In this document: positions 31,506 to 42,221 of the stretch, one piece after another | Layout: every line of letters starts with the position of its first letter | How positions within the stretch are numbered: the first letter of the stretch is position 1 | Assembly (NCBI GenBank): GCA_964453345.1 | Contig: CAYVOC010000002.1 | Coordinates: 27,424 to 86,159, forward strand | Direction: 5' to 3' | DNA: 58,736 bases | Source of the DNA: an uncultured Aquificales bacterium | Lineage (GTDB): Bacteria; Thermosulfidibacterota; Thermosulfidibacteria; Thermosulfidibacterales; Thermosulfidibacteraceae | Notes under the pieces: model-generated | Told to the model about the DNA's origin: nothing | Database searches by the model: none | The model's input: only the letters and a program-made list of their open reading frames with translations | Made by a program: the position numbers and the translations under genes

Positions 31506-31775
31506 ATGAAAGAGAAAAAGAACACCCCTGAGTTCTTCTGGAAGAGCCTCAAAGATCTGCTTGTTGAACACACAGGAATCATAGCAGATCTCCTTATAGA
31601 AGAGGCACTCCTTGAGATGAACAAAAGCTCGGTGGAGGAGATAACCATACCCGAGGTGCCGGTATTCCTTGACAGGCTCTACAGAGAGCTTGAAAAGATC
31701 ATGTCTCCGGCCTTTCTGGAGAGATTCAAGGAGAAAACCATAAAACTATTCAACGAAACCTTCACATCCCTTTAA
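31506..31775 (+). CDS. Small helical hypothetical protein divergent from the Mgl module
   Basis: 89 aa; amphipathic helices LKDLLVEHTGIIADLLIEEAL / VFLDRLYRELEKIM; fills the intergenic gap. Confidence 0.7.
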   Translation: MKEKKNTPEFFWKSLKDLLVEHTGIIADLLIEEALLEMNKSSVEEITIPEVPVFLDRLYRELEKIMSPAFLERFKEKTIKLFNETFTSL

Positions 31776-31782
31776 AAGAAAT

Positions 31783-31812
31783 AAAAAAGCCCCGGCGCAA
31801 AAGCACCGGGGC
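31783..31812 (-). terminator. Intrinsic terminator after hppA
   Basis: Stem GCCCCGG/CCGGGGC (31789-31812) followed by T6 on the minus strand. Confidence 0.8.
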
Positions 31813-31828
31813 CTATTCCTTTCCAGAA

Positions 31829-33817
31829 CTATTTCACCATGTGCTTGAGCAGGGGAGCTATGGTCAGCGAAACTATGGACATGAGCTTGATGAGGATGTT
31901 CATGGCGGGACCGGTTGTATCCTTGAAGGGATCACCCACAGTATCACCGACAACGGCAGCCTTGTGGGCCTCGGATCCCTTACCGCCGAAGTGTCCGGCC
32001 TCAATGTATTTCTTGGCGTTGTCCCAGGCACCACCGGCGTTGGCCATCAGTATTCCCAGAAGCACGCCGGAAAGGGTTGCGCCGGCAAGCATTCCACCGA
32101 GGGCCTCGGGACCAAGCAGGAAGCCCACAAGCACGGGAGCTATGATGGCACCCACACCGGGAGCGATCATCTCCTTAAGGGCGTTGACGGTGGCGATGTC
32201 AACGCACCTGGCGGGATCGGGCTTGGCCTTACCCTCAAGCAGCCCGGGAATCTCCCTGAACTGACGCCTTATCTCCTCAACCATGGCGAAGGCAGCCCTA
32301 CCAACCGCCCTCATGGTCATGGCGCCGAGCACGAAGGGAATGGCGCCGCCGATGAACACGCCGGCAACCACATCCGCCTTTGTAACGTCAATGCTCTTGA
32401 GGCCAACCGTGCTGGAGTAGGCGGAGAAGAGAGCCAGAGCGGTCATGGCAGCGGAACCGATGGCGAATCCCTTACCTATGGCAGCGGTGGTGTTGCCGAG
32501 GGCATCCAAGCTATCGGTTATCCTTCTGGTTTCGGGACCAAGCTCCGCCATCTCAGCGATACCACCGGCATTGTCGGCAACGGGACCGTAGGCGTCAACG
32601 GACATGGTAACACCAATGGTTCCAAGCATACCCACCGCGGTCAAAGCTATTCCGTAAAGGCCAGCGGCCTTGTAGGCGAAGAAGACGCCCAAAGCAATAA
32701 GGAGCAGGGGCAGACCAACGCTCTCCATACCCACGGCGAATCCCTGAATAATGTCAGTTGCGGCACCGGTCTGGGCGGACTCGGCTATAGTGACAATGGG
32801 CTTACCAGAGGTGTAGTATTCGGTGATGAGACCGATGGCAATACCAACAACGGTTCCTATCAGTATGGCCCAGAAGACTCCAGTGGGAAGTCCAAGTCCC
32901 TTGGAAACGGGATAGGCCAGAACCACAAAGAGTATAGCCGCCACAAAGGTCGAATACCTCAAGGCAGCGGCGGGGTTCATGTTCTTGAAGATAACCATGG
33001 AGAGAACCGCAATGATGGAGGCACACAGACCGATCATTATCATGATGATGGGGAAGACCATCCAGCGGAAGGTCTCCTGAGGAGCAAGCCCCATGGAAAC
33101 GGCAATGGCTATACAGGCAACAACCGACTCAACATAGGACTCGAAAAGGTCGGCTCCCATTCCGGCGACATCACCCACATTGTCACCAACGTTATCGGCG
33201 ATAACACCAGGATTTCTGGGGTCATCCTCAGGGATTCCCGCCTCAACCTTACCAACAAGATCCGCTCCCACATCGGCGCTCTTGGTGTAGATACCACCGC
33301 CAACCCTGGCGAACAGGGCAAAGAAGGAGGCACCCATGGCGAAGCCGTTCAACACCGAAGGCTGAACTTCACCGAAGAGCAGGAAGAGCACACTCAGCCC
33401 CAGAAGGCCCAGGCTGGCGACGGAAAGCCCCATCACAGCGCCGCTGAAGAAGGCTGTGGCAAGGGCCCTGTCCTGTCCATACTGGTTGGCAGCAGCCGCA
33501 GTTCTCACATTACCCCTGGTGGCGGCCTTCATGCCGAAGAACCCTGCCAGGGCGGAGCAGAAGGCACCGATCACAAAGGCAACACCCGTCCAGAATCCAA
33601 GGAAGATGGCTAAAAGAACGGCCACGATGATCACAAAAATGGAAACGATTTTATACTCCCTCTTCAGGAAAGCCATGGCACCGGCGTGAATCATCTCGGA
33701 AATCTCATACATAACCTCGGTGCCGGTGGGTTGGGACTTCACGTAGAGAAAGATCAGTCCAGCGATCACCAACCCCAGGATTCCCAACAACGGCGCATAG
33801 ACTACCCAGTATTCCAT
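31829..33817 (-). CDS. hppA: Membrane-integral cation-pumping pyrophosphatase (K+-dependent)
   Basis: [47 protein letters not shown] (K+-dependent Ala), [11 protein letters not shown]. Confidence 0.97.
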   Translation of the reverse strand: MEYWVVYAPLLGILGLVIAGLIFLYVKSQPTGTEVMYEISEMIHAGAMAFLKREYKIVSIFVIIVAVLLAIFLGFWTGVAFVIGAFCSALAGFFGMKAATRGNVRTAAAANQYGQDRALATAFFSGAVMGLSVASLGLLGLSVLFLLFGEVQPSVLNGFAMGASFFALFARVGGGIYTKSADVGADLVGKVEAGIPEDDPRNPGVIADNVGDNVGDVAGMGADLFESYVESVVACIAIAVSMGLAPQETFRWMVFPIIMIMIGLCASIIAVLSMVIFKNMNPAAALRYSTFVAAILFVVLAYPVSKGLGLPTGVFWAILIGTVVGIAIGLITEYYTSGKPIVTIAESAQTGAATDIIQGFAVGMESVGLPLLLIALGVFFAYKAAGLYGIALTAVGMLGTIGVTMSVDAYGPVADNAGGIAEMAELGPETRRITDSLDALGNTTAAIGKGFAIGSAAMTALALFSAYSSTVGLKSIDVTKADVVAGVFIGGAIPFVLGAMTMRAVGRAAFAMVEEIRRQFREIPGLLEGKAKPDPARCVDIATVNALKEMIAPGVGAIIAPVLVGFLLGPEALGGMLAGATLSGVLLGILMANAGGAWDNAKKYIEAGHFGGKGSEAHKAAVVGDTVGDPFKDTTGPAMNILIKLMSIVSLTIAPLLKHMVK

Positions 33818-33850
33818 GACACACCTCCTAAATGGGGTAAGTTAAATTTT

Positions 33851-34435
33851 TCAAACCCTGTTTCTTCTATTGCACCTCTCCATGGCTCTATCTATACCAT
33901 AAAGGACGAATTCTTCAATACAGCTCTGGGCCTTAGCAAAAGAAGATTCCAATTCCTTAATTTTCTCAGAACTTAAAGGACTTAGGAGCCACTCCACTAT
34001 CGCCTCCCTGTCCCTCTCCCTTCCCGGAGGACGCCCCGTCCCTATCCTGACCCTCGCAAAGTCCCTTTCGCCCGTCTCCTCAATTATGGACATAAGCCCC
34101 CTGTGCCCACCGTGACCCCCACCCTTCTTCATCCTCACATCCCCTTCGGGCAGATCAAGATCGTCGTGAACCACGAGGAACCTGTCTGGTGTAACCTTCT
34201 GCCCTTCAAACCAGTATCTCACAGCAACTCCGGAGGCGTTCATGTAGGTCATGGGCTTAACCAGAACCACTTTCCGATCCTTAAAGAACCCCTCTCCCCA
34301 CCAAAAAAAATCCCCCTCCCGAGAGAGGGGGATTCTCCAGGCCTCAGAGAGTCTGTCAACAACTATAAAACCAAAATTATGCCTGGTGAAGCGATACTCT
34401 TCACCGGGATTGCCAAGTCCAATTATAATCTTCAT
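33851..34435 (-). CDS. pth: Peptidyl-tRNA hydrolase
   Basis: GLGNPG--Y--TRHN-GF, KPMTYMN-SG, VHDDLDLP, GGHRGL. Confidence 0.97.
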   Translation of the reverse strand: MKIIIGLGNPGEEYRFTRHNFGFIVVDRLSEAWRIPLSREGDFFWWGEGFFKDRKVVLVKPMTYMNASGVAVRYWFEGQKVTPDRFLVVHDDLDLPEGDVRMKKGGGHGGHRGLMSIIEETGERDFARVRIGTGRPPGRERDREAIVEWLLSPLSSEKIKELESSFAKAQSCIEEFVLYGIDRAMERCNRRNRV

Positions 34436-35031
34436 TCGGCGGTAAGCTCTTCCTCCTCACCCTCAGAGGGCTGCTCCTCCTCTTCCGGCGCAACGATGGT
34501 AACCACGGGCTGCTCAGGATCCTCGGTTACCCTTATACCCTCAGGCACCTGCAGGTCCCTGACGAAGAGGGTGTCTCCAAGATCAAGGGCGCTAACATCA
34601 ACAACCAGCTCTTCAATAATGTTCTTAGGCAGACACTCAATCTCTATCTCGTCCTTGAGTATCTCGAGGGTTCCGCCCTTCTTCACACCAACCGCCTCGC
34701 CAACCACCCTTATGGGCACGGCAAGGGAAATCATCTGGCCGTAGGTGATCTCATAGAAATCAACATGCAGAATCTCACCTGTCACAGGATGCTTCTGCAC
34801 ATCCTTTATAATAACATCCTTCTCCCCAACCCCCTCTATGTTCAGCTTCCATATCTTTGCTTCGCTCACCTCGCCCTTGAGGTAGTTAACAATGCTCTTC
34901 GCCAGAACCGCCAGGGGCCTGTTACCAAGCTCTCCGCCGTATATAACGGCGGGGATATATCCCTGCCTTCTCAACTTCCTCGCCTCTCCCTTGCCCCTTC
35001 CCTCTCTGAAAACCGCCTGAAAAACTGCCAT
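34432..35031 (-). CDS. rplY: 50S ribosomal protein L25/Ctc
   Basis: RKLRRQGYIPAVIYG, QKHPV--ILHVDF, GVKKGG; ATG 35031 behind GGAGG. Confidence 0.96.
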   Translation of the reverse strand: MAVFQAVFREGRGKGEARKLRRQGYIPAVIYGGELGNRPLAVLAKSIVNYLKGEVSEAKIWKLNIEGVGEKDVIIKDVQKHPVTGEILHVDFYEITYGQMISLAVPIRVVGEAVGVKKGGTLEILKDEIEIECLPKNIIEELVVDVSALDLGDTLFVRDLQVPEGIRVTEDPEQPVVTIVAPEEEEQPSEGEEEELTAE

Positions 35032-35046
35032 CTTCACCACCTCCAG

Positions 35047-35985
35047 CTATCTAAATAGTGAACTTACCGACTCTTCGTGATGTATTCTCCTTATAGCCTC
35101 GCCCAGAAGATGGGCTATTGAAAGCACCTTAACCTTGGTAAACTCCTTCCTAAGGGGAATCGTATCGGTCACTATGACCTCAACAAGATCCGAGGATTCT
35201 ATCCTCTCGTGAGCCGGACCAGAAAAGACGGGATGGGTGGCCGCAGCGTAAACCTCAACCGCCCCATTCTCGAGCAGAGCCTTTGCAGACTTAACAAGGG
35301 TTCCTGCCGTGTCAATCATATCATCAAGGATGAAGGCCCTTTTCCCCTTCACATCCCCTATAACATGAACAACCTCTGCCACATTGGGCTGATCACGCCT
35401 CTTGTCTATTATGGCCAAGGGCCAGCCCATTTTTTTCGCAAAGAGCCTCGCCCTCTCAACCCCACCCGCATCGGGGGAGACCACAACGAAATTATCCCCC
35501 TCCTTAAAGTTCTTCTGGACGTAATCTATGAAGATGGGGAAGGCCGCAAGGTTATCCACAGGGATGCTGAAAAAGCCCTGGATCTGGCCCGCATGCAGGT
35601 CAACCGTTAAAACCCTGTCGGCACCGGCTGCCGTGATAAGATCGGCAACCAATCTGGCACTTATGGGCACCCTCGGCATGACCTTTCTGTCCTGACGGGC
35701 ATAGCCGAAATAGGGAATAACTGCAGTTATCCTTCCCGCGGAGGCCCTTCTGAAGGCATCTATCATAACCAGAAGCTCCATCAGATTCTCGTTCACAGGG
35801 GGGCATGTTGGCTGAATAACAAAGACATCGTCTCCCCTGACGCTCTCCTTTATCTGGACGTTCACCTCCCCGTCGCTGAACCTGCCGACGAAAGCATCCC
35901 CAAGCTCAATGCCCAAATAGGAACAGACAGCCTCCGCAAGCGCCCTGTTGGCATTCCCCGTAAAAACCTTCAGCGAAAAGGACAT
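35047..35985 (-). CDS. prs: Ribose-phosphate pyrophosphokinase
   Basis: [43 protein letters not shown]. Confidence 0.98.
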   Translation of the reverse strand: MSFSLKVFTGNANRALAEAVCSYLGIELGDAFVGRFSDGEVNVQIKESVRGDDVFVIQPTCPPVNENLMELLVMIDAFRRASAGRITAVIPYFGYARQDRKVMPRVPISARLVADLITAAGADRVLTVDLHAGQIQGFFSIPVDNLAAFPIFIDYVQKNFKEGDNFVVVSPDAGGVERARLFAKKMGWPLAIIDKRRDQPNVAEVVHVIGDVKGKRAFILDDMIDTAGTLVKSAKALLENGAVEVYAAATHPVFSGPAHERIESSDLVEVIVTDTIPLRKEFTKVKVLSIAHLLGEAIRRIHHEESVSSLFR

Positions 35986-36017
35986 CTTCCGCCTCCCCAA
36001 CCTCAAGCTGGATTCGT

Positions 36018-36044
36018 AAAAAAACGGGGACCCAACGGCCCCCG
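36018..36044 (-). terminator. Intrinsic terminator after rpsU
   Basis: Minus strand CGGGGGCC-GTTG-GGTCCCCG followed by T7. Confidence 0.75.
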
Positions 36045-36071
36045 CAAGATACCAATGATCAAGACAGAAGA

Positions 36072-36290
36072 CTAATACATCTCCATCTGCTTCATCTTCT
36101 GCTGAAGCTTTCTGAGCTTCTTGCGCGCCTTGAGAAGCTTCTTTCTGCGCCTCTGGGTGGGCTTCTCATAATACATGGCCCGCTTGATCTCCTTGATCAA
36201 ACCTTCCTTCTCAATCTTTTTGCGCAGCTTCTTCAAGGCGGCGTCAATATCCCCATCAACCACAACAGCAGCGTTAACGACCCTGCTCAC
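36072..36290 (-). CDS. rpsU: 30S ribosomal protein S21
   Basis: [29 protein letters not shown]. Confidence 0.93.
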   Translation of the reverse strand: MSRVVNAAVVVDGDIDAALKKLRKKIEKEGLIKEIKRAMYYEKPTQRRRKKLLKARKKLRKLQQKMKQMEMY

Positions 36291-36309
36291 CTACAACATC
36301 CCCCCTTTC

Positions 36310-37974
36310 CTAAGCGGTTTCTTCGCAAAGGTTATCCATTTTGCTTCCAAAGTCAAGCTCGGAAAGAATTTTTCCTATTTCATCCAGCAACCTGTCAAGC
36401 CCTTCCCTTTTAAGAGCGGATACCAGAATGCCTCCCGATTCCCCAATCACCCTCTTCATGCCCTCATCCAGAAGATCAGCCTTGTTGTAAACCACTATCC
36501 TGGGCTTATGGGAAAGCCCCAGCTCCGACAGTATCTCCTCCACCGCTTCCATCTCCTCCTCCATAAAGGGACTCGTCACATCAACCACATGAAGAAGCAA
36601 ATGGGCATCCTCCAGCTCCTCAAGGGTGGCCCTGAAGGCGACCTTGAGATCCTCGGGCATGCTTCTTATGAAGCCCACTGTATCGGTCAGAATACAGCGG
36701 CCCACTCCGGGGACAAAGAGGACCCTGTTGGTGGGATCGAGGGTCGCGAAGAGCTTATCCTCGGCAAAGGCGTCCGCCCCGGTAAGGGCGTTAAGAAGGG
36801 TGGTTTTGCCCGCATTGGTGTAACCCACAATGGAAACAACGGGAACACTCGACTTCTGCCTCCTCTTCCTTCTCTCCCTCCTCTGCTTCCTCAACTCCTC
36901 AAGCTGATCCTCAAGAACCGCTATCCTTTTCTTGATCCTTCTTCGATCAATCTCCAGCTTGGTCTCACCGGGTCCCCTTCCACCGATGCCACCTGCAAGC
37001 CGGGACATGGCCTCTCCCCTGCCAATTATCCTCGGATACATGTATTTGAGCTGTGCAAGCTCCACCTGTATCTTACCCTCACGGGAAATGGCCCTTTTGG
37101 CGAAGATATCCAGGATCAGCTGATTCCTGTCTATCACCTTGAGGTCCGTAAGCTCGCTTATGGCGTTCACCTGGGCGGGGGAGAGGGCCTGATCAAATAT
37201 CAGCATGGTGGCTCCCAAGTAAAGGGCCTTTATGATAAGCTCCTGAAGCTTTCCCTTGCCCATCAAGTATTTGGGGTTGTATCTCGCCACCCTCTGTATG
37301 ACGGTATCAAGGACCTTCACCCCGGCCGACTCGGCAAGCCTGACAAGCTCCTGCATGGAGTATTCCGCATCCATCCTCGATGCCTTGGCAACCACAGAAA
37401 CAAGAATCGCCCTCTCCTCATAGCTTTCCGTCTCCTTGAGCTGCATATACCTTTCCATCTCGGCCTCAAGATCCGCCACAAACCCCTCAAAATCCAGATC
37501 CACCCTTGAGGGATGGGGCCACCTCATAAAGTCCCACCTTTTGCCCTCGGGATTCGGAGGAAGAAGATAGGCCATCTCAACCTCCCCGGGAAGCCCGTCC
37601 TCCCCAACCCTCACAACCACCATGGCGTCAAGCCTCAGCATGGCAAGATCGGTAAGATCCTCCTCATCCACCATGGTCTTCCCGAAATGGGTGTGGATAC
37701 AGCGTAACCCCTTCAGCCTCCCCGGGAAGTATCTGAAAACGGAAAGATCCGGAATAACTATGCGGTGTCTATCCCCCACTATCACGTGCGTGATGTTGCC
37801 CCTCCTGTCCACAAGAAGACCTACCTGTCTGCCTATGCTGTGGGACACCTCAGAAAGGGCCCTGGCAAGCTCCGGCGTCACAAGAAGGCCCCTGCACCTT
37901 CTCCTGTAAAGGCGTTCGAGGGCCCTTATCTCGCTTTTCTGCAACCCCTTCAGTTCACCGTAAACCCTGCCTAT
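36310..37974 (-). CDS. hflX: GTPase HflX (long N-terminal form)
   Basis: LILDIFAKRA, RGPGETKLE-DRR, GYTNAGKT, LFATLDPT, DTVGFI, NKAD; start inferred at ATA 37974 behind GGAGGT. Confidence 0.93.
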   Translation of the reverse strand: MGRVYGELKGLQKSEIRALERLYRRRCRGLLVTPELARALSEVSHSIGRQVGLLVDRRGNITHVIVGDRHRIVIPDLSVFRYFPGRLKGLRCIHTHFGKTMVDEEDLTDLAMLRLDAMVVVRVGEDGLPGEVEMAYLLPPNPEGKRWDFMRWPHPSRVDLDFEGFVADLEAEMERYMQLKETESYEERAILVSVVAKASRMDAEYSMQELVRLAESAGVKVLDTVIQRVARYNPKYLMGKGKLQELIIKALYLGATMLIFDQALSPAQVNAISELTDLKVIDRNQLILDIFAKRAISREGKIQVELAQLKYMYPRIIGRGEAMSRLAGGIGGRGPGETKLEIDRRRIKKRIAVLEDQLEELRKQRRERRKRRQKSSVPVVSIVGYTNAGKTTLLNALTGADAFAEDKLFATLDPTNRVLFVPGVGRCILTDTVGFIRSMPEDLKVAFRATLEELEDAHLLLHVVDVTSPFMEEEMEAVEEILSELGLSHKPRIVVYNKADLLDEGMKRVIGESGGILVSALKREGLDRLLDEIGKILSELDFGSKMDNLCEETA

Positions 37975-38036
37975 AGCTACACCTCCCTTGGCTTTTTCTG
38001 CTACTAATTTTATATTCGGATGCCTCAGGAGGGAAG

Positions 38037-39116
38037 ATGAAAAGGATCGCATACTACATATCCGACGTCGGCTGGGGGCATGCCGCAAGAAGCATAGAGG
38101 TGGTAAAGGCCCTAAAGAGGCTGGGAAGGTGCAGGTTCCTTATCGTAAACTCAAGCGCCAAAGAACTTCTCAAGGCCGAGCTGAGTCAGGAAGAGCACAT
38201 GGAATCCCCGAATCCCAAGGAACCCGGCTGGGGAAGCGAATACATCATAGACAGAGAAGGGCTCAAAAGCAGAATCCGGGAATGGGCCCTGAACTTAGAG
38301 AGGGTTGCAGAAGGGGAAGCCGAAAGGATAGCCGGCTTTAAACCCGACCTTGTGATATGCGATGTCAACCCCGTGGCTCCCCTTGTAGCAGAGAGGCTGA
38401 AGGTTCCATGTGTGGTTGTGAGCAACTTCAACTGGTGGGACGAATACATGCACATGTTCGAGGACGAAGACCTGCTAAAGCCCCTGAAAAGGGCCTACGA
38501 CAAAAGCCACTGGAACTTTATACTGCCCTTAGAGAGCGAAAACAGGGCCTTCAGGCTCAAGGAAAGGGTTGAACTTGTCGCCAAGGAGCACGATGCGGAA
38601 AGGGTCAGAGAGATAAGGAGGAAACTGATCCGCACCTACAGACCGGAGATCATAGCCATGGTGGCAGCGGGAGGATGGAAAATGCCTCTTCCTACAAGCG
38701 TCGAAAGGGCCATGGAAGAGGCCTCCCGAAAGGCAAAGATACTGTGGGTGATTCCCCACGGTCTGAGCATAAAAAGCGAAGGGCTTACAACGCACCGGCT
38801 CTCTAAGGGGAGCGACTTCAGAAACACCCTTGCCGCCTGCGATTTTGTTATTTCAAAATACGGATACAGCACCGCCTCTGAAGCCCTGATCTCGAGGATT
38901 CCCATGCTGCTTATCTACAGACCGGAGGTGCCGGAGGACAGCTTCGCAACAGAGGATCTGGTAATGTCAGGCTGTGCCCTCAGGTTCCCCTACTGGGAGA
39001 GTATCAGCATACCCCTTGAAACCATTCACGAACTTAAATGCCACAACAGAAGCAGTCGCTTAGAGAACAGGGGAGCCCAGAGGATAGCAACCAGGATCTG
39101 GGAAAGATTCCTGTAG
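38037..39116 (+). CDS. Glycosyltransferase-like protein (GT-B fold, GT28/arabinokinase N-domain-like)
   Basis: YYISDVGWGHAARS, PDLVICD, SNFNW, DFVISKYGYSTASEAL. Confidence 0.7.
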   Translation: MKRIAYYISDVGWGHAARSIEVVKALKRLGRCRFLIVNSSAKELLKAELSQEEHMESPNPKEPGWGSEYIIDREGLKSRIREWALNLERVAEGEAERIAGFKPDLVICDVNPVAPLVAERLKVPCVVVSNFNWWDEYMHMFEDEDLLKPLKRAYDKSHWNFILPLESENRAFRLKERVELVAKEHDAERVREIRRKLIRTYRPEIIAMVAAGGWKMPLPTSVERAMEEASRKAKILWVIPHGLSIKSEGLTTHRLSKGSDFRNTLAACDFVISKYGYSTASEALISRIPMLLIYRPEVPEDSFATEDLVMSGCALRFPYWESISIPLETIHELKCHNRSSRLENRGAQRIATRIWERFL

Positions 39117-39119
39117 CCC

Positions 39120-39992
39120 ATGCACTGGTCCATACCCGCAATAACGGCCGCAACAAGCTGGGCAACGGCGGATCTCCTATCCAAGATAGCCATGAACCGA
39201 AAGGGCTACGGGGAACACACAACCCTCTACGCACGATTCTCGCACTCCATACCCTTCATGCTCATCCCCTTTTTCGCAACGTGGCCCCACGAAGTTGATC
39301 CCCTCTTCTGGCTCATGTGCCTTCTAACGATTCCCGGAGACATAGTAGCATCAACCCTATACATAAAGGCCCTGAAGATAAGCCCCATATCCATAGTGGT
39401 CCCGCTAATGGGTTTCGCACCCGTCTTCATGCTCGTCACCTCGTGGCTCATGCTGAAGGAACCTCCAAACATCTTTGGCATAGCAGGGGTGCTCATGGTT
39501 GCAGCAGGCGCTTATCTTTTAAACCTTGACAGGGCAAGGGGAGGCATCCTTGAACCGATCAAGGCCATAGTCAAAGAGAGGGGACCCCTGATGGTGCTTG
39601 CAGCCGCCTTTATCTTCAGCATTGACACCGCCTTCGGCAAAAGGGCAACCCAGCTATCGGATCCCATCTTCTTTTCGCTATTCTACTGCATCTTCATGGC
39701 GCTGGGCTATTTACCACTATTGAAAAGGGAGATCACAAGAGAGAATGTAAAGATGATGCTGTCCTCCAGGATTCTGTGGGGGATAGGGGCGTGCTTCGCC
39801 TGCGGAGTAACATCCTTTCTTTACGCAATAAAGGTTGCAAACATCGCCTATGTCTCCGCCACCGGCAAGATGAGCATGCTCATAGCCATAATCTACGGCA
39901 GGATATTCTTTGGCGAAACCCACATAAGACAAAAAATTTTTGGTGCCCTTCTGATGATCACCGGCATCTATATGGTGTTAGGATTGACTTGA
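39120..39992 (+). CDS. EamA/DMT family transporter
   Basis: 10-TM, two-repeat pattern; YIKALKISPISIVVPL, LKE, FFGE. Confidence 0.9.
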   Translation: MHWSIPAITAATSWATADLLSKIAMNRKGYGEHTTLYARFSHSIPFMLIPFFATWPHEVDPLFWLMCLLTIPGDIVASTLYIKALKISPISIVVPLMGFAPVFMLVTSWLMLKEPPNIFGIAGVLMVAAGAYLLNLDRARGGILEPIKAIVKERGPLMVLAAAFIFSIDTAFGKRATQLSDPIFFSLFYCIFMALGYLPLLKREITRENVKMMLSSRILWGIGACFACGVTSFLYAIKVANIAYVSATGKMSMLIAIIYGRIFFGETHIRQKIFGALLMITGIYMVLGLT

Positions 39993-40006
39993 TAAGCAAT
40001 TGCTCA

Positions 40007-40028
40007 TAGCTTAAAGTTAGCTTAAAGT
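40007..40028 (+). repeat. 11-bp tandem direct repeat upstream of GATase-glnB
   Basis: TAGCTTAAAGT x2 exact, preceded by palindrome AGCAATTGCT (39995-40004). Confidence 0.6.
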
Positions 40029-40041
40029 CAGCGGAGGAATC

Positions 40042-40728
40042 ATGATAGCGGTCATTAAAAATATAGAGATAGAAGCCTTGGGTCTGTGGGAGGAGGTGCT
40101 GAGGGAAGAGGGATACCCCTACCGCTACTTTGAAGCCTACAAAGATGAATTCCCCTCCTCAACAGACGATTACACCCACTTGGTTGTCTTGGGAGGTCCC
40201 CAGAGCGCAAACGACGATTCAAGGTTCCCCTACATAAAAAGGGAACTCGAGCTGATAGAAAGATTTATACGGTCCGATAAGCCCGTTCTTGGGGTGTGTT
40301 TGGGAGCCCAGCTCATAGCGAGGGTCCTGGGGGCAAGGGTATACAAAGGACCTGTGGAGATAGGCTGGTTCAACATAGAGCTGACAAGACCCGCCCTGAT
40401 AGACTACCTCTTCGCCTTCTTCCCGAAAAGGGTAAAGGTCTTCCAGTTTCACGATGAGACCTTTGATCTGCCCCACAGCTGCGTCAGGCTTGCATCGAGC
40501 AACCTTGTTCCCAATCAGGCCTTCAAATACGGCAGGGCTGTATACGGGCTGCAGTTCCACTTGGAAATAACCCCCACCATGATACACCACTGGCGCGAAT
40601 ACTACCGGGATTACTTGGCCGAAAGGAAGGAGTTTGAGATACCGAGTTTCGTCCCGGACGGAACCTACTTTCCCCTCTCATGGGAGTTCTTTAGAAGATT
40701 CATACAACTTCCATACAAGGAGGAGTGA
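40042..40728 (+). CDS. Type 1 glutamine amidotransferase (GuaA-like, stand-alone)
   Basis: LGGP, LGVCLGAQ (catalytic Cys), QFHLE (His-Glu). Confidence 0.92.
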   Translation: MIAVIKNIEIEALGLWEEVLREEGYPYRYFEAYKDEFPSSTDDYTHLVVLGGPQSANDDSRFPYIKRELELIERFIRSDKPVLGVCLGAQLIARVLGARVYKGPVEIGWFNIELTRPALIDYLFAFFPKRVKVFQFHDETFDLPHSCVRLASSNLVPNQAFKYGRAVYGLQFHLEITPTMIHHWREYYRDYLAERKEFEIPSFVPDGTYFPLSWEFFRRFIQLPYKEE

Positions 40729-40731
40729 TAA

Positions 40732-41642
<911 letters not shown>

Positions 41643-42221
41643 CTATCCACACATAAAAAGATGCAGAACACAGCCCACAAATAAGGGAATACTCAGGTTG
41701 TCGTCAATCCTAAAAACCGTTTCCGCAAGACTTCCCAGAACCCCGGCGATCACAGAAACCTCAAATCCAACAAAGAGACTGCCCAGGACAGAGGTAAGCG
41801 CCACAAAGGCCAAGGCTCCCTCCCAGCTCAACCTCCTGTTCCAAGGTATGGGCCTTCGCCCCAAAAGCTTACCAAAAACCGTGGAAGCAGCATCCCCATA
41901 GGCTAAGGCACACACCGCCGCCTTGGCAGCCACAGGACAAAAAAGCAGCAGCGCCAATCCGGCACCGAAGCCGTAGATAATGGCCCCCCTGCCCGGAAGC
42001 CCCATGTTCTGGGGCCTTTCAAGCAGTTTCAAAAGGGGATCGGCAAAGCCTATGGGGGACACCATACTGTGCCACAGGGAAAGTCCCAGACCGAGAAGGG
42101 CCGCCAGCACCAGAATCCAGCCAACAGAAGAACCCCACCTGTCGAAGGCCAGAAGGATCACCGTTCCGTTGAAGGCGTGAAACAGCTGCCTCCTCAACTC
42201 AAGGCCCGATAGGACACCCAT
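41643..42221 (-). CDS. CTP-dependent polyprenol/diacylglycerol kinase family protein (phytol/dolichol kinase-like)
   Basis: RRQLFH, GDAASTVFG, SWEGALA, IDDNLSIP; true start ATG 42221. Confidence 0.82.
   Translation of the reverse strand: MGVLSGLELRRQLFHAFNGTVILLAFDRWGSSVGWILVLAALLGLGLSLWHSMVSPIGFADPLLKLLERPQNMGLPGRGAIIYGFGAGLALLLFCPVAAKAAVCALAYGDAASTVFGKLLGRRPIPWNRRLSWEGALAFVALTSVLGSLFVGFEVSVIAGVLGSLAETVFRIDDNLSIPLFVGCVLHLFMCG

Noticed and set aside
31841-33613. 590-aa plus-strand ORF antisense to hppA
   Set aside because: Gly/His/Asn-rich composition expected from the reverse complement of a hydrophobic gene; no domain features
36175-37509. 444-aa ORF antisense to hflX/rpsU
   Set aside because: Shadow ORF with no motifs, overlapping two conserved genes
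39988-40004. Possible sigma54 promoter upstream of GATase-glnB
   Set aside because: The -12 TTGC is present but the invariant -24 GG is missing
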